From assembly GCF_008831285.2 (NCBI RefSeq), contig NC_045138.2, positions 33,108,001-33,172,000 of the forward strand: a DNA stretch of 64,000 bases, in the 5' to 3' direction. The number at the start of each line of letters is the position of its first letter. Position 1 is the first letter of the stretch. Shown piece by piece: positions 1 to 13,415 of the stretch. The notes under the pieces are model-generated. The model saw only the letters and a list, made by a program, of their open reading frames with translations, was not told where the DNA came from and made no database searches. Made by a program: the position numbers and the translations under genes. Origin of the DNA: Nymphaea colorata (lineage: Eukaryota).

Positions 1-488
1 ATCAGTGCAAAGACAATTATTGCCAATTCCTAGGCAGAATTACCAGCGATAAGTATTGTAATTTAGCCAAAAGCACTAATAAAAAAACATTGCAACTAAT
101 TAATCAAATATATGGACATGCCCAGCTATTCATTTGTGCACAAATTTCCAAAACACATTTATGAGCTCTTCTCACAAACTTATTTATTGTAGATATTGTT
201 CCCTGCCGTTTCATTGCTTTGTCCTTTCATGCTTTTCATGTTTTCTTATTTTCCTTGGTATTATTTACATTTTTCCACTGTTTTCTCTCCATTGCAAGAG
301 GTTGTCCTAAAACCTTATCGGAAAATCTTAAAAGGCTCAATAATCATATCCTGCGAAAGAACTGGCCGTAAATGAATCTTAGAATGAATGGCCATAGAAT
401 TAGTTAAATTCATGATAAAAACATTTTGACAATCAAGGGTTCAAAAATAATGGCTTCCAAATTCAGAAAATAATAATTCACAACTTAC

Positions 489-1262
489 CCAACCAAATGA
501 AAATGGAAGATTGTTTCCAGTTCCTAGAGGCACTGTAGCTACAGGAGGTGGCTGAGCTAATTTGAGATCACATACTACACCAAGAATCCAACCTGCTGTA
601 CCGTCTCCACCTGCAACCTGTATCAAAATGCCTACAAACGTTCAACCGATACTCATTCAAACTTGGTCAAAGCCACGTTTAATTTTCAAATATGAGGAAT
701 CTTCTGGACACCCATATTTTCTGTAATGTAACCATTCTAAAGATAGCAATCTGTCCGTAAAGCTGAAAGTGCCGATAGTGAAGAAAACTCACAATTATTC
801 TCATCTTCTTCTCAATAGCAGAAGCAAAGTCGTCCCCACTTGCCTTGAGCCTTTGTAGGTTTCCATAAAGCTGGTGAAGCACCTTGTCGGGTGCAAGCTC
901 TCCCAAATCGAAAACCTACATATAACAATCAAATAGCAGATTATATACGTTTCTAGATTTCAAAATGCAACCCACCCTTTGTTTCTCTTCTATCTTTAAG
1001 AAGTTTCGAGTTGGAGTTAAAGAGCAAACTGTGCGTTCAGGGATGCGGCCAGCTGCCTTACCTGAGCTGAATTAAGAAGTGTCCGGTATGTCTTAAGCAA
1101 GTCTCCACCAAGCTGACCTCCACTTTTGGAGTTGATGAACACTATCACTGGACATTCCGGCATGTATGACATTTCCTGAAAGGTGGCATCAGGTACGACT
1201 ATGTAATCTGGAATATAGAACTCTTTCAGGAGCTGATTGGTGTCTGAACTGCCGTCACCCAT
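489..1262 (-). CDS. DGK5: Diacylglycerol kinase, DGK5-like (plant cluster III); 5' partial, continues beyond window start
   Basis: Exons 1262-1062, 915-793 and 617-489, all GT-AG phase 0, splice in frame. Motifs [39 protein letters not shown] (GGDG ATP-binding) and [18 protein letters not shown] mark the DGK catalytic domain. A probable 5'UTR exon ends at a donor near 3624 beside a CT repeat (less certain). Confidence 0.95.
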
Positions 1263-4200
1263 CTCTCACTTCTTCTCGTACCTTGCACTAGACTCGTTCA
1301 CGCCCTGTTACAAGTATCATTAGGATCTCACGTACTAGAAGCAATGGGGAATTTGTATTAAATCCAGTAGAAAGTTAAAAATGATGAACACGCTGTTTCG
1401 GATGGGAAGAGCAGAAAAAGTCCATCATTACCATGGACTGCCATCATAATTTACTCCTCCTTCCGTTCATTGTCAGTGAGAACAATGACACTTGTGCAGG
1501 CAGTGATCATTTAAGATCCCCGTGGTGAATGGCTTATTGGCAAACGAAACTTCGTTCCCATCCACCTAACATTCAAATCCAAAAGCATGTAAGATGAGCT
1601 TCTTCTCCATCCGGATAGCCCTAAAGCATTATCCAATTTTCTACAGTTCCGAAATGTGTACACGAGAACAGGTTGGGTCTCAGCCAATCTCAGAGCCAAA
1701 ATGGTCTCACATCCCCAATAACTATTTAGCCCTTCCAGCCATTCCTTAGGCAGTCACGTGCCGGTGCAGCAACCCTTAACGTAAACGATAATCACCGATT
1801 ATCCTGCAACTGATGATGGAAGCCCTTCAGTTTTAAACCATGTAATCGGCATATCATCTGATATCCCAGAGCCCACAGCCTGTATGGATTTGACGTCTTT
1901 TTATAAAGAGTAAACACATCGTTCCATTGAACATACAACCTAAAAAACCCCGATGATTTGAATCATTTCTTTTACTCGAAAATATAAGAGAACCTCAAAG
2001 CTCCAACAGCGAATGAGCACTAAACTGAATCTGAAAGTCCACCTGCATCTCTTGCTTCTCAGATCAGTGGAGTCGAAATGTCCTCAGGATCTGATTCATA
2101 AGATGGAGAGGAAGAATAATCTCTGGACCCACTAATAGGGTTGTCAACCTTAGCCTACGAATTGAAATACTGGGGAGTGTCTACAGCTTACCTCACAGGC
2201 ATACTCCAGTCCTCCGGGTTGTTTATACCGCTTAACCGCTTGTTCGGATGAAGGGAAAAGGAGGGAAATAAAAGGAAAGGATGGAGTTGTTTCTGTTTGG
2301 ATGACTTATTGAGGAAAAGGGAAAGGAAAGGATTGAATAACGGAGACCCGAACGGGGTATCAACTTTCGTGATGACTGATGACATTGTGATTGGTAAAGC
2401 TTGGTGATCAGGTCAACTCTCGCCTTCAATTACAGATTCATGATGAAATTACTGCAATAGCAACAAAGGTTGTGGGTCTTAACTCTTAAATGCTATTGAA
2501 AACCTTGTTTTCTATTTATTTTCGGCATTTATTTATTTGAGTTGCTATGTTCTTGAGTAACTGAAAAAAGATATCAGAACGAAACATGTTTCTTCCTCAA
2601 TCCTCGTCCTGGCTTTGGCAAGAATGAGAGCAATAAGTCTATGTTTGGTTGTTTGGGTCCCGGGCTACAAGACACCGATGGCGCAGGCTGGGGCAGGTGA
2701 ACAACTGGGCTCCTCCCGACAGCCAACTGGATGGGTTATGTTGCATAGATCCAAAGAGTGGATCCCCATGAGTCATCCCTTAACTTCCGTCATGGTCGAT
2801 CTCGCGGGGAAAGTTCGAAAATATCCACCCTAGTAAAGATTGGTGCCCTTAATCTAAGGGTGCAAACCGGTCTGTTACGAACTTCTCGTTACCATTTTTT
2901 ACTGAAATGCGGTTTCTTATTGCGTCAGCTGATCCGAATCCAATCCGTTTGTTTGCATAAATTGTAGAAAGAATTTTCTCGTGATAAAAATAAATAAATT
3001 AATTGCCATAAATTTCTTTGCATATAATTTAGAAGAAATGGAAATAGGAAGGAAAAACAGGTGCCTAAGAAAGGAGTACCGTGATTGCGATTCTGCTATG
3101 TTATCGTCTAGACGAATTCCAAGTAATCGACATCCCCACTCCCCGACAAAGATTAGCTCCAAGACCGGAATCAAACAGAGAATTCAGTCAATGACCAATT
3201 CAATCGTCGACCGACAGACGGTGGGCAGTTTTCGTGGATCTCCTTTTAAGAACCCCAAACTTCACGAAGTTTTCGTTCCCTACAAACAACAAGATCTTCG
3301 ATTCCCTTGCCATGATTAAGAAAACAGAAGAACCGGAAAGATGAGCAAAGAATCAATGACAAAGAACACAGGAAGCAACAAAATAAAGTGTTCAAGATCC
3401 GAAACACATGTTTGAGCTGCGGAGACAGAGGAACGGCAAAAGACTACATGAAAACTCAAAACAACAGCATCTATTGACTATTGATCGCATGGAAGATTAC
3501 CTCGATGGAGTTCCCCGCGAAACTCCGGAGAAAGCGGGTGGTCGAACGGACTCCGTCTTCTTCTTCTCCTCTCTCACTCGCTCGCTCGCTCTCTCTCTCT
3601 CTCTCCTTCTCCCTCTCTGAATACCTGCGCATTCAAGAGGAGCAGGATCATGCGGGCATGAGAAAAGTACAGGAGGAAGGAAGGAATGGACGGGAAGAGA
3701 AGCGAGGGGGGTTGAGGGGGCCGGTTATGCGGGGCCTACCTGTCCGAGCCTTAAACAAGGCCATCAAATTTCCGTGAGAGTCCAATATTTTTTGGCATTT
3801 TCTCCTTACTATTGATATTTTGCTGAAACACTGCTCCGAGTAACTTTCAACTTTAAAGAAAGGCCCCCCTCGGGCTCTTCTAATTCGGCATCTATAAAAA
3901 TTTTGAAAAATGTAATATGCCGTTGTCAAGAATTTCAAAATTTTTATTTAGCAATATAAATTTTTATGTTCATCCTTTCAATAAAAAAATCCAGGCATTA
4001 ATTGAAGCGTAAGTTTCATGGATAAATTTGTGAATTATATAATATTTATAAAAATAATAACAAAACTGAATAAAAAAATGACTACAGTACATGTCAATAA
4101 ATAAAGAACAATACACAACATATGCAAACCACAATTATTTTTAAATCCAAATAAATATAATGTCATAACAACTAAGATTCACATGAGTTTGTCATCTAAA

Positions 4201-4918
4201 CGGACAAAATAACTAATAGTAGCTAGTTTGATGCAGTGAAGCTTGTTGGATATTTGAACAAGATGAAACGAAATCTAATTGTAATACGTATTTATAATAA
4301 GAGGAGGTACTATATCATGATGATGTTAAAAGGGTAAAATTTAGTAAGATAAGATAATCGAATATTGCCTGTGCTACCTTTTTTTGTTAGACATCACCTG
4401 AGACCACCGTGGCTGTTAAGTGAAAGAGACGAATGAGGAGGACATTTAAACTAACTTGCCTGTATTTTTTTAGAGTAAACAGTTTGGATTTGAGTAGGAG
4501 TCCGGTCCTCACTAAATTCAACTAATTAGATTTTATAATACAACTAGCATAAAAAATGACATTTATATGTAATTGAGTCGGAATTTTATATTCAAATCTG
4601 ATTGGTAGTTGAGATTTAGAATTAGATTCATAATCGGATTTATGTAATCAATTTGCATCCTTACCCATGTTTGGTTTGCCTACTACACACAACCATTTTG
4701 CTGCATCAAATATGCCCTTAGAAACACTAGATCATATCGCTGATTAAATATCAGGGCATTGATTGAGTTTAGTTATTCAATCACTGCATATTGCAGATAG
4801 TTCATAATTTTTAGATTATGCTCAATTAATTCAAGTTATGCTGATTGCAGTAGTTCACTATGAAATCCAGTATGTTAAAACAATACAATTGTGGTGGTTT
4901 TCTTAGAGTAATAGTTAC

Positions 4919-7900
4919 AGACATGTTTTGTTGCCGTCATAAGCTCGAGCTAAATTCTGGCTTAGTTAGAAGTTCCCGCGCTTACCCGTTACCAAGAAAA
5001 GGTGGTTTATAAGTTCCCGCGCTCAGGTGGTTACGCTCGCAGTCCCGCGCTTTCTCTCTCTCTCTTTCTGGTTTTGGAAGAAAGAACCCTTCGGCTTTCG
5101 ATCGCTTGTTTCCCCTTCATTTCAAACTCGCGGTCCCGCGCTCCGTCTCTTTCTTGATTTCGAAGAAACCTCACACGGGACGGTCCCCGGAGGTCCGTGA
5201 GTCGTCGGAGTGTCCCAACAGCAGGTCTCTCTCAGCCCCTAATCTCTCTCGATAGCCGCTGGTGTTTTCAACAAACTTATCTTCCGTCTTGTAGGGGGAG
5301 TTCTATGTATCTTCTTCTGTGATGCGGGGAGAGGGGCGCTTCTAACGTTGGGTGGGCCGCTCCATGGCTGGTTGGAGACATCGGCATGCATGCATCAATC
5401 GCCATTGAAGAGAAGGAACTTTTTAGGGGCGATCCACGAATGCCGGTAAAGAAGGGACTCACTTCTGACGTGGGGCATCGCCAGTGGGGAAGGGGATGCT
5501 TCATTTCTGCTGAAACTCGTTCCCCTTCTCCCAGCGTTTTCAGTTTCCTTCCGTGCAGACACTCTGGCACCGCGACCAGGACGCCGATCTGGATCTTTCT
5601 GCTGTTACATTATAAATTCTTGTCGCCGTCTTTCTCTGCCGTCGAACAAACATCCCGGTCATCACCGATAGGAGGGTCCTCAAGAATGGCCATGGTAAAA
5701 CCCTAATCACTTCCTCACTCCGTTTCTTTCTCTCTCAATCTTGTTTACTCCGATCTCCATTTCTCTGAACCCACTGTTCCTTATAGCAGGGTGGACGCTG
5801 CAGCGTGGTTTGCCCTTGTTTGAGGCTCTTCATCCGCAGCAATGGTAAAACCCTAGGTGGCTCCATTTCTATCTGTCCCTCACTCTCGTTTCTCTTCATC
5901 CGTTTCATGTATCTTTTGACGCCAATCCCACACCACACCTCTACCCCCACCCTTTTCATCCTATTGCAGGGAAACTGCTCCTCTGTAGATTCTTCTTGCC
6001 TCCATCTATTCTGAACGGTCTTCTAGAATGAGATGAAAATGTTGATGTTTCTTTTTTTTTCTTTTGTTGTTTTTGCTATTTGAAAAAACTTCCCGCCCCG
6101 TGGGATTCAAACAGAATATTCTATAATTTTTAGAGACATGGTTCTTGGCGTAGGCTTAATATGGGATACTATTTAGTGAATTTTCCAAACTTCGTGTGTC
6201 AGCCTGTTAGGATGTCTAGGGAAAAATGCATGTGCTCATCTTGTGAGTTTTTTTTTCGGGAAATTTACTTGCTGATTCAAAGTTCAAAATCAGATTTGGA
6301 CCAAGTGACTAGAGGAGATCTAAAATAATAAAAAAAAAATACGTTCCTTGTATTATAGTCGCATCTGTTTTGCAGTTGAAGGTCTTTTCTTCAGTTTATA
6401 AGGCATAATGAAATGACATTTATTGAATTATTGTTGTTGATTGTCTGGGTTTTTCTGAAAGCTATGCTGAAGGTATAGCTTTTATGCTTATTTATTTGTA
6501 TTGCTTATCCGATTACTCGTCTTATCTCTTATTTTATTGCTTTTTATAAGAGGTTCGTGCAACTGGTAATACTCGAATTACTTTGGAGTTTCTTGTGATA
6601 TGAAATTAAAATGTTGTCAATTGTCATGCTTCCCATTTTCATATTAACCTTTAGTTGAAGACACTAATTATGCTTACTGTAACTACGATTTCATCTAATT
6701 AATTGCTCTATTGCATGTTCTATTGTCTCCATGTGATGTTCATTCTTTAATTTCTGTTTTTTTAATTTAATTTCATTTAAATGGAGTTCAAGCTATAATG
6801 GTTTTAGATAAAACAGGACTTCCAAGCCCACATTTTAACCTTATTTGGAGGTCAAAAACTCCTCTCGCGCTATTTGAAGATTTCTACAGAAAAATGTCGA
6901 AAAGAAAGTAGAAAGGAGAATGGTGCTTGGTGTTTGAAGTTTTCTTAGGTATGAAGTATTGAAACTTGCCAATGTGTAGAGGATTCTGACTTTAAAGATT
7001 CAAATTCATGGTTTTAAATTGTTGTTTGGAGGACTATATATAATTGTCTTTTCTGTCTTTCCCATAGCTGATGCTCCATTTCTTTTTTCTCCATTTTCTG
7101 GCAGATCAGATCAGTTTCCTCTTGGAAGCATTCAGTGATATTCCTTTCAAGGCTATCCCATACCATTCATAGGCGTTTTCAAATTGCACAGGTATCCTGA
7201 TATTGCTTGATTCAGTAATATGTCAGCGACTTATTTAGCCTGAATTTGAAGTCCTCTATTTCAACCCAATCTTAAATGGAAGTTCTGAATGGGGTGTATC
7301 CTTGATGAAATTGCAGAATTAAAGCTGCTACAAGGAGACATGATGTAGCTTTGCTCTTGTTTCAGAACATATATATCGATATAACCGCCAGTTTTTGTTC
7401 CTAACTAACTTGAATGTTTCTTTGCTGAAGTAAGGTGCCATTGCCACAAAACTGTAAATATGCAATGCTACCTTATGTGCAGGTCAAGAACCACTGCTGT
7501 TTTCATTTTCAGAACATGTTTCATTTTATAAACAACAAAGAGATATTGCTGACAACAAAAAGGCAGTAAGACATGTTGCCATTAAAGGACTTTGATTTCC
7601 AATTGCCTGGTCTGTTGGAAAGGCTCTCGACAATCCAACGAGCAGTATCAACTTTCTCTTTCCAGTAAGTGGATCTTAGTGGTCATGTACTCTGCTGCAT
7701 AAAATCTATTTAATTTTATGCGTTGTGGAGGTAATTTTATGTCCGTTATGAATCTTCTCTTCCCGGATGTTATCCATCAGTTATAGCAGTGTCAGCCAGC
7801 TTACCATGTAGTCATAGTGTCTGAAAATAAATGTGCCAGGAGCCAAAAATCCTTGTAGAATTGAGGTTGACTCTCATTACAGCCCTTGATTGTTGCTATA

Positions 7901-8930
7901 ACATGAAAGTTCTGTGTTATCTTTTCATGCAGATGGTGCCACATTTCTTGTTTTAACATTGAATGCTACCTTTCTCTCATATTGTAGGTCGCCAGGTTGA
8001 GTTTTTTCCATCCTGGGACTGTATATGCGTTGTGCCTGACCCTCCTTTGTTTGCCGGAATTGTGGTGAAATTTCAATTTGCAAGAGGGAATCTACAATAT
8101 AGTATATATGCCAAGTGCAAAATCCAAAACATGTAAATGTGAGTCTGCATACTATCTTCTTCTTGTGTTTTACTATATTGGTATGTTTACTTTTGTGGAA
8201 TAAGCTGCTTAGATCATATGAACTACATATGGGACATTTAATATTTCCATGATGGTTTCATCTCATCTGCAGATTGGCTGCTGGCATCAAATGTAATTGG
8301 TCCATTGGAGAGGTAATGTATAGAGTTCTCACTAAAATTTTTAGGTCGTTCATTCTGTAATTTTTGATGTTTTAGAGGACAAGATGCTAAGCCTTTAATA
8401 ATAAAATAATGTTTGTGCCATTGGAAGCTGAACATTGCATATTCTTGTGGTAGACTTGGTAGGGGTAGTCTTTGATAATAATGAGGGCACTTTCACAAGA
8501 TAGTCTACTATCTTGTTTTTTTTATGACAAATACAGGTTGCTTCCTGCTTGTAGTTAAATGTACTGAATGTATTTTTGGTTGAACACTGTCTGTGTTTGT
8601 CTGCTTTAATGCTATTTGAGGATGTGAATTCCTAGGGTGTGACATTAATTCTTTGTGTGTAGATTTTTTATGTATATTTTTTTATAATCAGTAAATGAAA
8701 TTTAAATTGTTAAAAAATTGTCTGGGGAGCGAAGTGGAAGGAAAACGTCATTTTTTACGTAAAATGATAAAAATACTCTTTATTCACCAGCATCCTTCAA
8801 TTTCATCAGCATGTTTCCCAGTGAGCTTCCATTTTCCACGGACAAGGGGTGGTAGTTGATGACTTCTGAAGCTAGAATCCACAATCCATATAATCGTCCT
8901 CTACCTCCTAAATCTCAATAAAACATGCCC
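4919..8930. mobile_element. Candidate non-autonomous PIF/Harbinger-like element carrying gene-like fragments
   Basis: Right end CAATAAAACATGCCC (8916-8930) is followed by TTA. Left end AGACATGTTTTGTTG (4919-4933) matches its reverse complement at 12/15 positions. The left TSD is not clean and no transposase is visible. Confidence 0.3.
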
Positions 8931-9290
8931 TTAGTTGGATAGAGTAGCACACACCATCGCCATGGTTCTTTGATTCTATTCCCAACACAGATCTTCTTGG
9001 CCATCATTCCCCCTCCCGAAAGGCTCCTGCTATCTCGGGAAAGGCTTGTATTTCTCTTTATCTTCTCTTTTCCCCTGAAACGGAAGGACTGTCCAATCCC
9101 CTTCTCTCCATGTACTATTCACTTTTCCTCAAATCAATCTTTGGATCATATAGTATAGGGATTTTTTACCGTTGAAAACCAATTGTCAAATGCCCAAGGT
9201 GCAGCTTTACTCAAGATTAGCAAATCTTTCAATAAGCGATGATGGGCTTGGTCAAATTGAAGTGCACTTGAGCTTCTGTTCTCACCGTCA

Positions 9291-9377
9291 TTAACTTCAA
9301 GTAAGTGCCCCAAAATTGTTGAATTGTCTTCACCATCATTAACTTCAAGTTAAGTGCCCCAAAATTGTTGAATTGTT
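9291..9377. repeat. Short direct duplication (~37 bp unit)
   Basis: TTAACTTCAAGT(T)AAGTGCCCCAAAATTGTTGAATTGT occurs at ~9291 and ~9339. Confidence 0.8.
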
Positions 9378-12300
9378 CGGTCGAGGGTTTCTTGACCATG
9401 AGTGCTGTGAGATGTATTCTTGGGCAAGCGGCATATGGACGAGCTCTTAATGTGCATCTCAAGGCACCAAAAATGAGTTTGTGACATCCTTATTGCTCTG
9501 ATTGACAACACAATACTTGACATAGGACATGCAACGGTTGTGCCTTGTGTCATTGATAACTCCCTCCCTCCTTGTGCACCCATGGAAAGAGGCAAGGGAG
9601 GCAGGGGTCAGAGAAAAGGGGAGATGCATAGGTAAAGATGCTGAATGACAGGTCGCAATATGCGGAGTATTTTTTGGGGCACATGAAGGGTAGTTTTTTG
9701 TCATTGTAGAAAAAATAACATAATCCATTGGCGTGACTGCCCTTTGAGAATTTATCGACACCTATATGTTGAGTTTCAAGAGTTGGCTGGTAATTTGTTT
9801 CTTGCCCAAGCATTAGTTGGCGTTCTGTTGTGCTGTCTAATATTTTGTTCTCAAATTTTCATGACTTCTAAACCAAAAGATAGAAACCTTGCAAACATTT
9901 TTTGAGTTTTTTAAAAGGTTGACATAAATTAACATTCGTGAAGTTTGAACTCAACATATATTTGTGGACATGTGAGAACATTTTTACCACACTTAAATTT
10001 TCGAAGACTTTCTTCAGACTTTTGAAAAAGCATTTTCTGGGTGTAGATGTCTTTTAATTTTACAAAGTTTTTCAAATCCGGATCGTCGTGCTCTTTTTTT
10101 TATTTATAATTCAAAACATTCCTAATTCTTTTGCAATTTATTATGTGCTCTTCCAAGTTTCCCTATAATATTATAAAGTATCACAAATTTTTACATTTTT
10201 TGAACTTGGTTAACGTTTATTCTCAAATTTTTATTATCTTGAACCAAGATTTGAAAAATTTCAAACTTTTCTTGAAATTCTCTAAATCTTTGACATTAAT
10301 GAGATATCAATGAACTTTGGTACTTATATATATATATATATGCAAGCTTATGGAAACATTTTTATCCAACTTGAAGTTTAAAATTTTGTCATTATTTTAA
10401 AGAAGTTTTCTTATTTTGCATTACACGAAACTTCGTAAAAATTTTCACAACAGAGTCTTTCTGCATGTAGAAACTATGTTGGCAGCTTTTATGTGCTTCA
10501 TGAGCTGCCTTTAGAAGATAGTCTATCATTAGTCAGTCTATCGTACAAGAGATTTTCTTCACAGAGACGTAATTGGTCGTCTAGTTCGTTGTTTCTTTAT
10601 ATTTAAACTTTTTAACTGCGTGCAATTGAATGGATCCATCTAATGTATTGTCTCCAATTATAGTATCTTCACATAATTAGAAAAATTATTCACTTGAAAT
10701 TCAGTGAGATCTAGAAAGAGAGAGAGGAGTGCCCTTCTAGAATATTTTGACTTGGCTACAGATTATCTGCTACTCTTAGAAAAACTCATTTCTTTAAATC
10801 ATCAGAATACAAATTCCTCCATTTGTTTAACCACTACTTGGAAAAAAAAAGACGGGGGCGAGTTTTCTTCTTTGGGAAATCCATAAACAGTCAAACAAGC
10901 CAGGACCTAACACAAGGGCCATCATACTCTTATTGGGACGCCAAGTGTATCTCAATTATCTTCTTAGTTTCTTTAGTTAGAAACTAAGCTAGTCACTTAA
11001 AACAAGTTTGTATGGCATAAAACCAAGAGTTGTTAAGAATTTAAAGGTCAAATGAATGAGTTTTTACAGCATATATAGCGGTTAATCTACAAAAGAGAGC
11101 GTTGATTAAAGGTATTTTCCTATGTTTTCAACCATGAGAAACCCACGTCCCTAAGTTGTTTTCCTGGCATATATTCTCATAGCTTTGAATGTTACTCGCT
11201 GATATAGTATTTCCGATTCTACCATATATATTCCTGATCAATTGCGTTGCTCATTGGCGGGCGGTCGAGATTGGCTTTATTGATTAATTTAGTTCTAAGA
11301 TTTCAGTAACTCGTGCTGGCTTCGGGCAAGGCATGCAATACGGCAACGCTGAAGGATGATGGCAATAGCGTTGACGATAATTCAAATCGGAATGTGGTTG
11401 ACTGATCTCTCTCTCTCTCTGACCTTTTTCAAATGTGACCTCATACAAATCTTTGTGCATCAAAAAATGTTATAGTTGATTTTATGAACTATCTAGTACC
11501 AAAGCATAAAAGAATGGTTTTAATTTGATATGGACATTTGCTTTTGATACTTTTTGTTGTATATAATTTTAACATCTCACGTTCATAAATATTGTTGAAT
11601 TTTAAGAACCCTATGGAAGTCGAACGGAAGGGCTGATGAAAGTAGGGAGTTAATTTTGAGGCGAAATTTAACAACAATGAAATTTATTACTAAGTGGCAG
11701 TTTGTGAACATGTGATTGGAGCTAAGACTTATTCTATCGATTGGGGTCTCGCTACCTGGAAGGCAGGAGGGCGTCACGGGTTGACACGTGCCACCTCTCA
11801 AATGCCACGTCATAGCCTGACTTCTCCAGGCCATTAAACGTTGGTGGGCATGCGTGCTTCGTTGAATTGCAGGCTTTTGTAGAGATCACAGGCTGCGCTC
11901 GTTTATTTATTGCACGTAGCACTCCATCTCGGGAAGGCGGGCGAGGTGTATCAGCATGCACTCTTGCGTCAGCCAAGCAAATCGGACCTTTTATCTTCAA
12001 ATTTCTTCTTTCATCTCATAATCCGCTCTTTGAACTCATAATCTCAGTTGCTTTTAAAATATAACTAAAGGGGAGTTTGGATGGTACCTTCATATTTGTC
12101 TCCCAAGGAGTGCTTGGATGTTACAAAATTGGATTTGAGAAAAACTAAGTTTTGGCAAATCCTAGTTTTGTAAAAGGTAGTAAAAAACCGAACCCCCAGG
12201 TTATTGGAGAAAAATCAGGCTTTGAATACTGGATGTCTCCAAAAGGACGTGTCACCCAAATAAAGATAACAAGTTTTTTAAATTCATTAAAAGTTTAGTT

Positions 12301-13415
12301 TTTATAAAACTAAAATTTCACAAAATTAAGTTGGATGAGGGTGTCATCAATACATGAACTGTTTAGCTGGTATTTGGAGACTGAAGCGTGTGAGTCTGAC
12401 TCATGAGTCGTAAGTTGGAGCCCAAAAGGCTCTTTGCTGAGAGAAGTTCAGGTGTCGAATACTTGAAGTGAGTCTTAGGTCTTTATGCCCTTCGTAAAGT
12501 GGTGAAACTCCGCCTAACCCTGGCCCTTCTTCATGAATGCCAGGGATTTTTTATATGAGCCGGTTGTGTGAGAGGGCACCGTTGGCTCTGAGTTGTTGGA
12601 ACTGGTAGAGCCAGCCACGTCGGTCAGTGTAAAAAGACCTCAAATTTATAACCAAATTCAACAACGGATCAGATCTATTTAGTCAAAGCCCGTCTAGCAA
12701 ACGTGTTTGATGAGGGGATCCAGCAGCTTCCTCGTCGAAGTTCATTCTGCAAACCAGAGCGAACCTTAGACAAGTCGACCCAGAACGATTCTTGGCTGTA
12801 CCCGATTCGATCAAAGCTGATTCTCCCGGTATCTAGTTTCTCCAAATCCAAGGGACGTTGAGCATCCCTGTCAAGACAACCAGTGGATTTGCATCGTATC
12901 GGATAATCCGGTACGGTCATGGACGGTGGGACTGAAAGCGTCCGGTGGGGAGATTGCGTGTCCCTCAATAAATGGCGGCTCGTGGTGTGAATCCATGGAG
13001 GTCCTTTTTGTAGGGGTTGGCTTTTTTTTGGATCCAATCAAGGGGAGGGAAAGACAGCGAAGAAGGGGCCACGAGGATCTCCTGGAGGAGGACACGTTGT
13101 AAAGTGCAAATACGAGAGCGATGGGGAAGAGAGGAGAACGAGAGGTTGGCCGGCGCCAAATCCTGGTTGACTTCTCGCCCGTCCTTCAACCCAAACTTTC
13201 TATATATGCAGCACTCAATTTGGCTCTGTAGCTTCAAATCATACACCTCCCTCTGTTTCTCTGCGAATTTGCTCTCCACCTTCAAATCATAAGCCCATCT
13301 CTCTCTCTCTCTCTCTCGTCGAGTGATCCCCACAAGGGGGGGAAGAGTTTCTAAGATTGTTGCAGGTGGGCTAGGTTGAAGTTTATAACTGTGGAGCTTA
13401 CAGAAGGAGGAAAAG

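Noticed and set aside
12390..13350. GC-rich segment with several ORFs upstream of the MYB gene
   Set aside because: No recognisable protein or element termini. It may be a TE remnant, but I cannot support a call.
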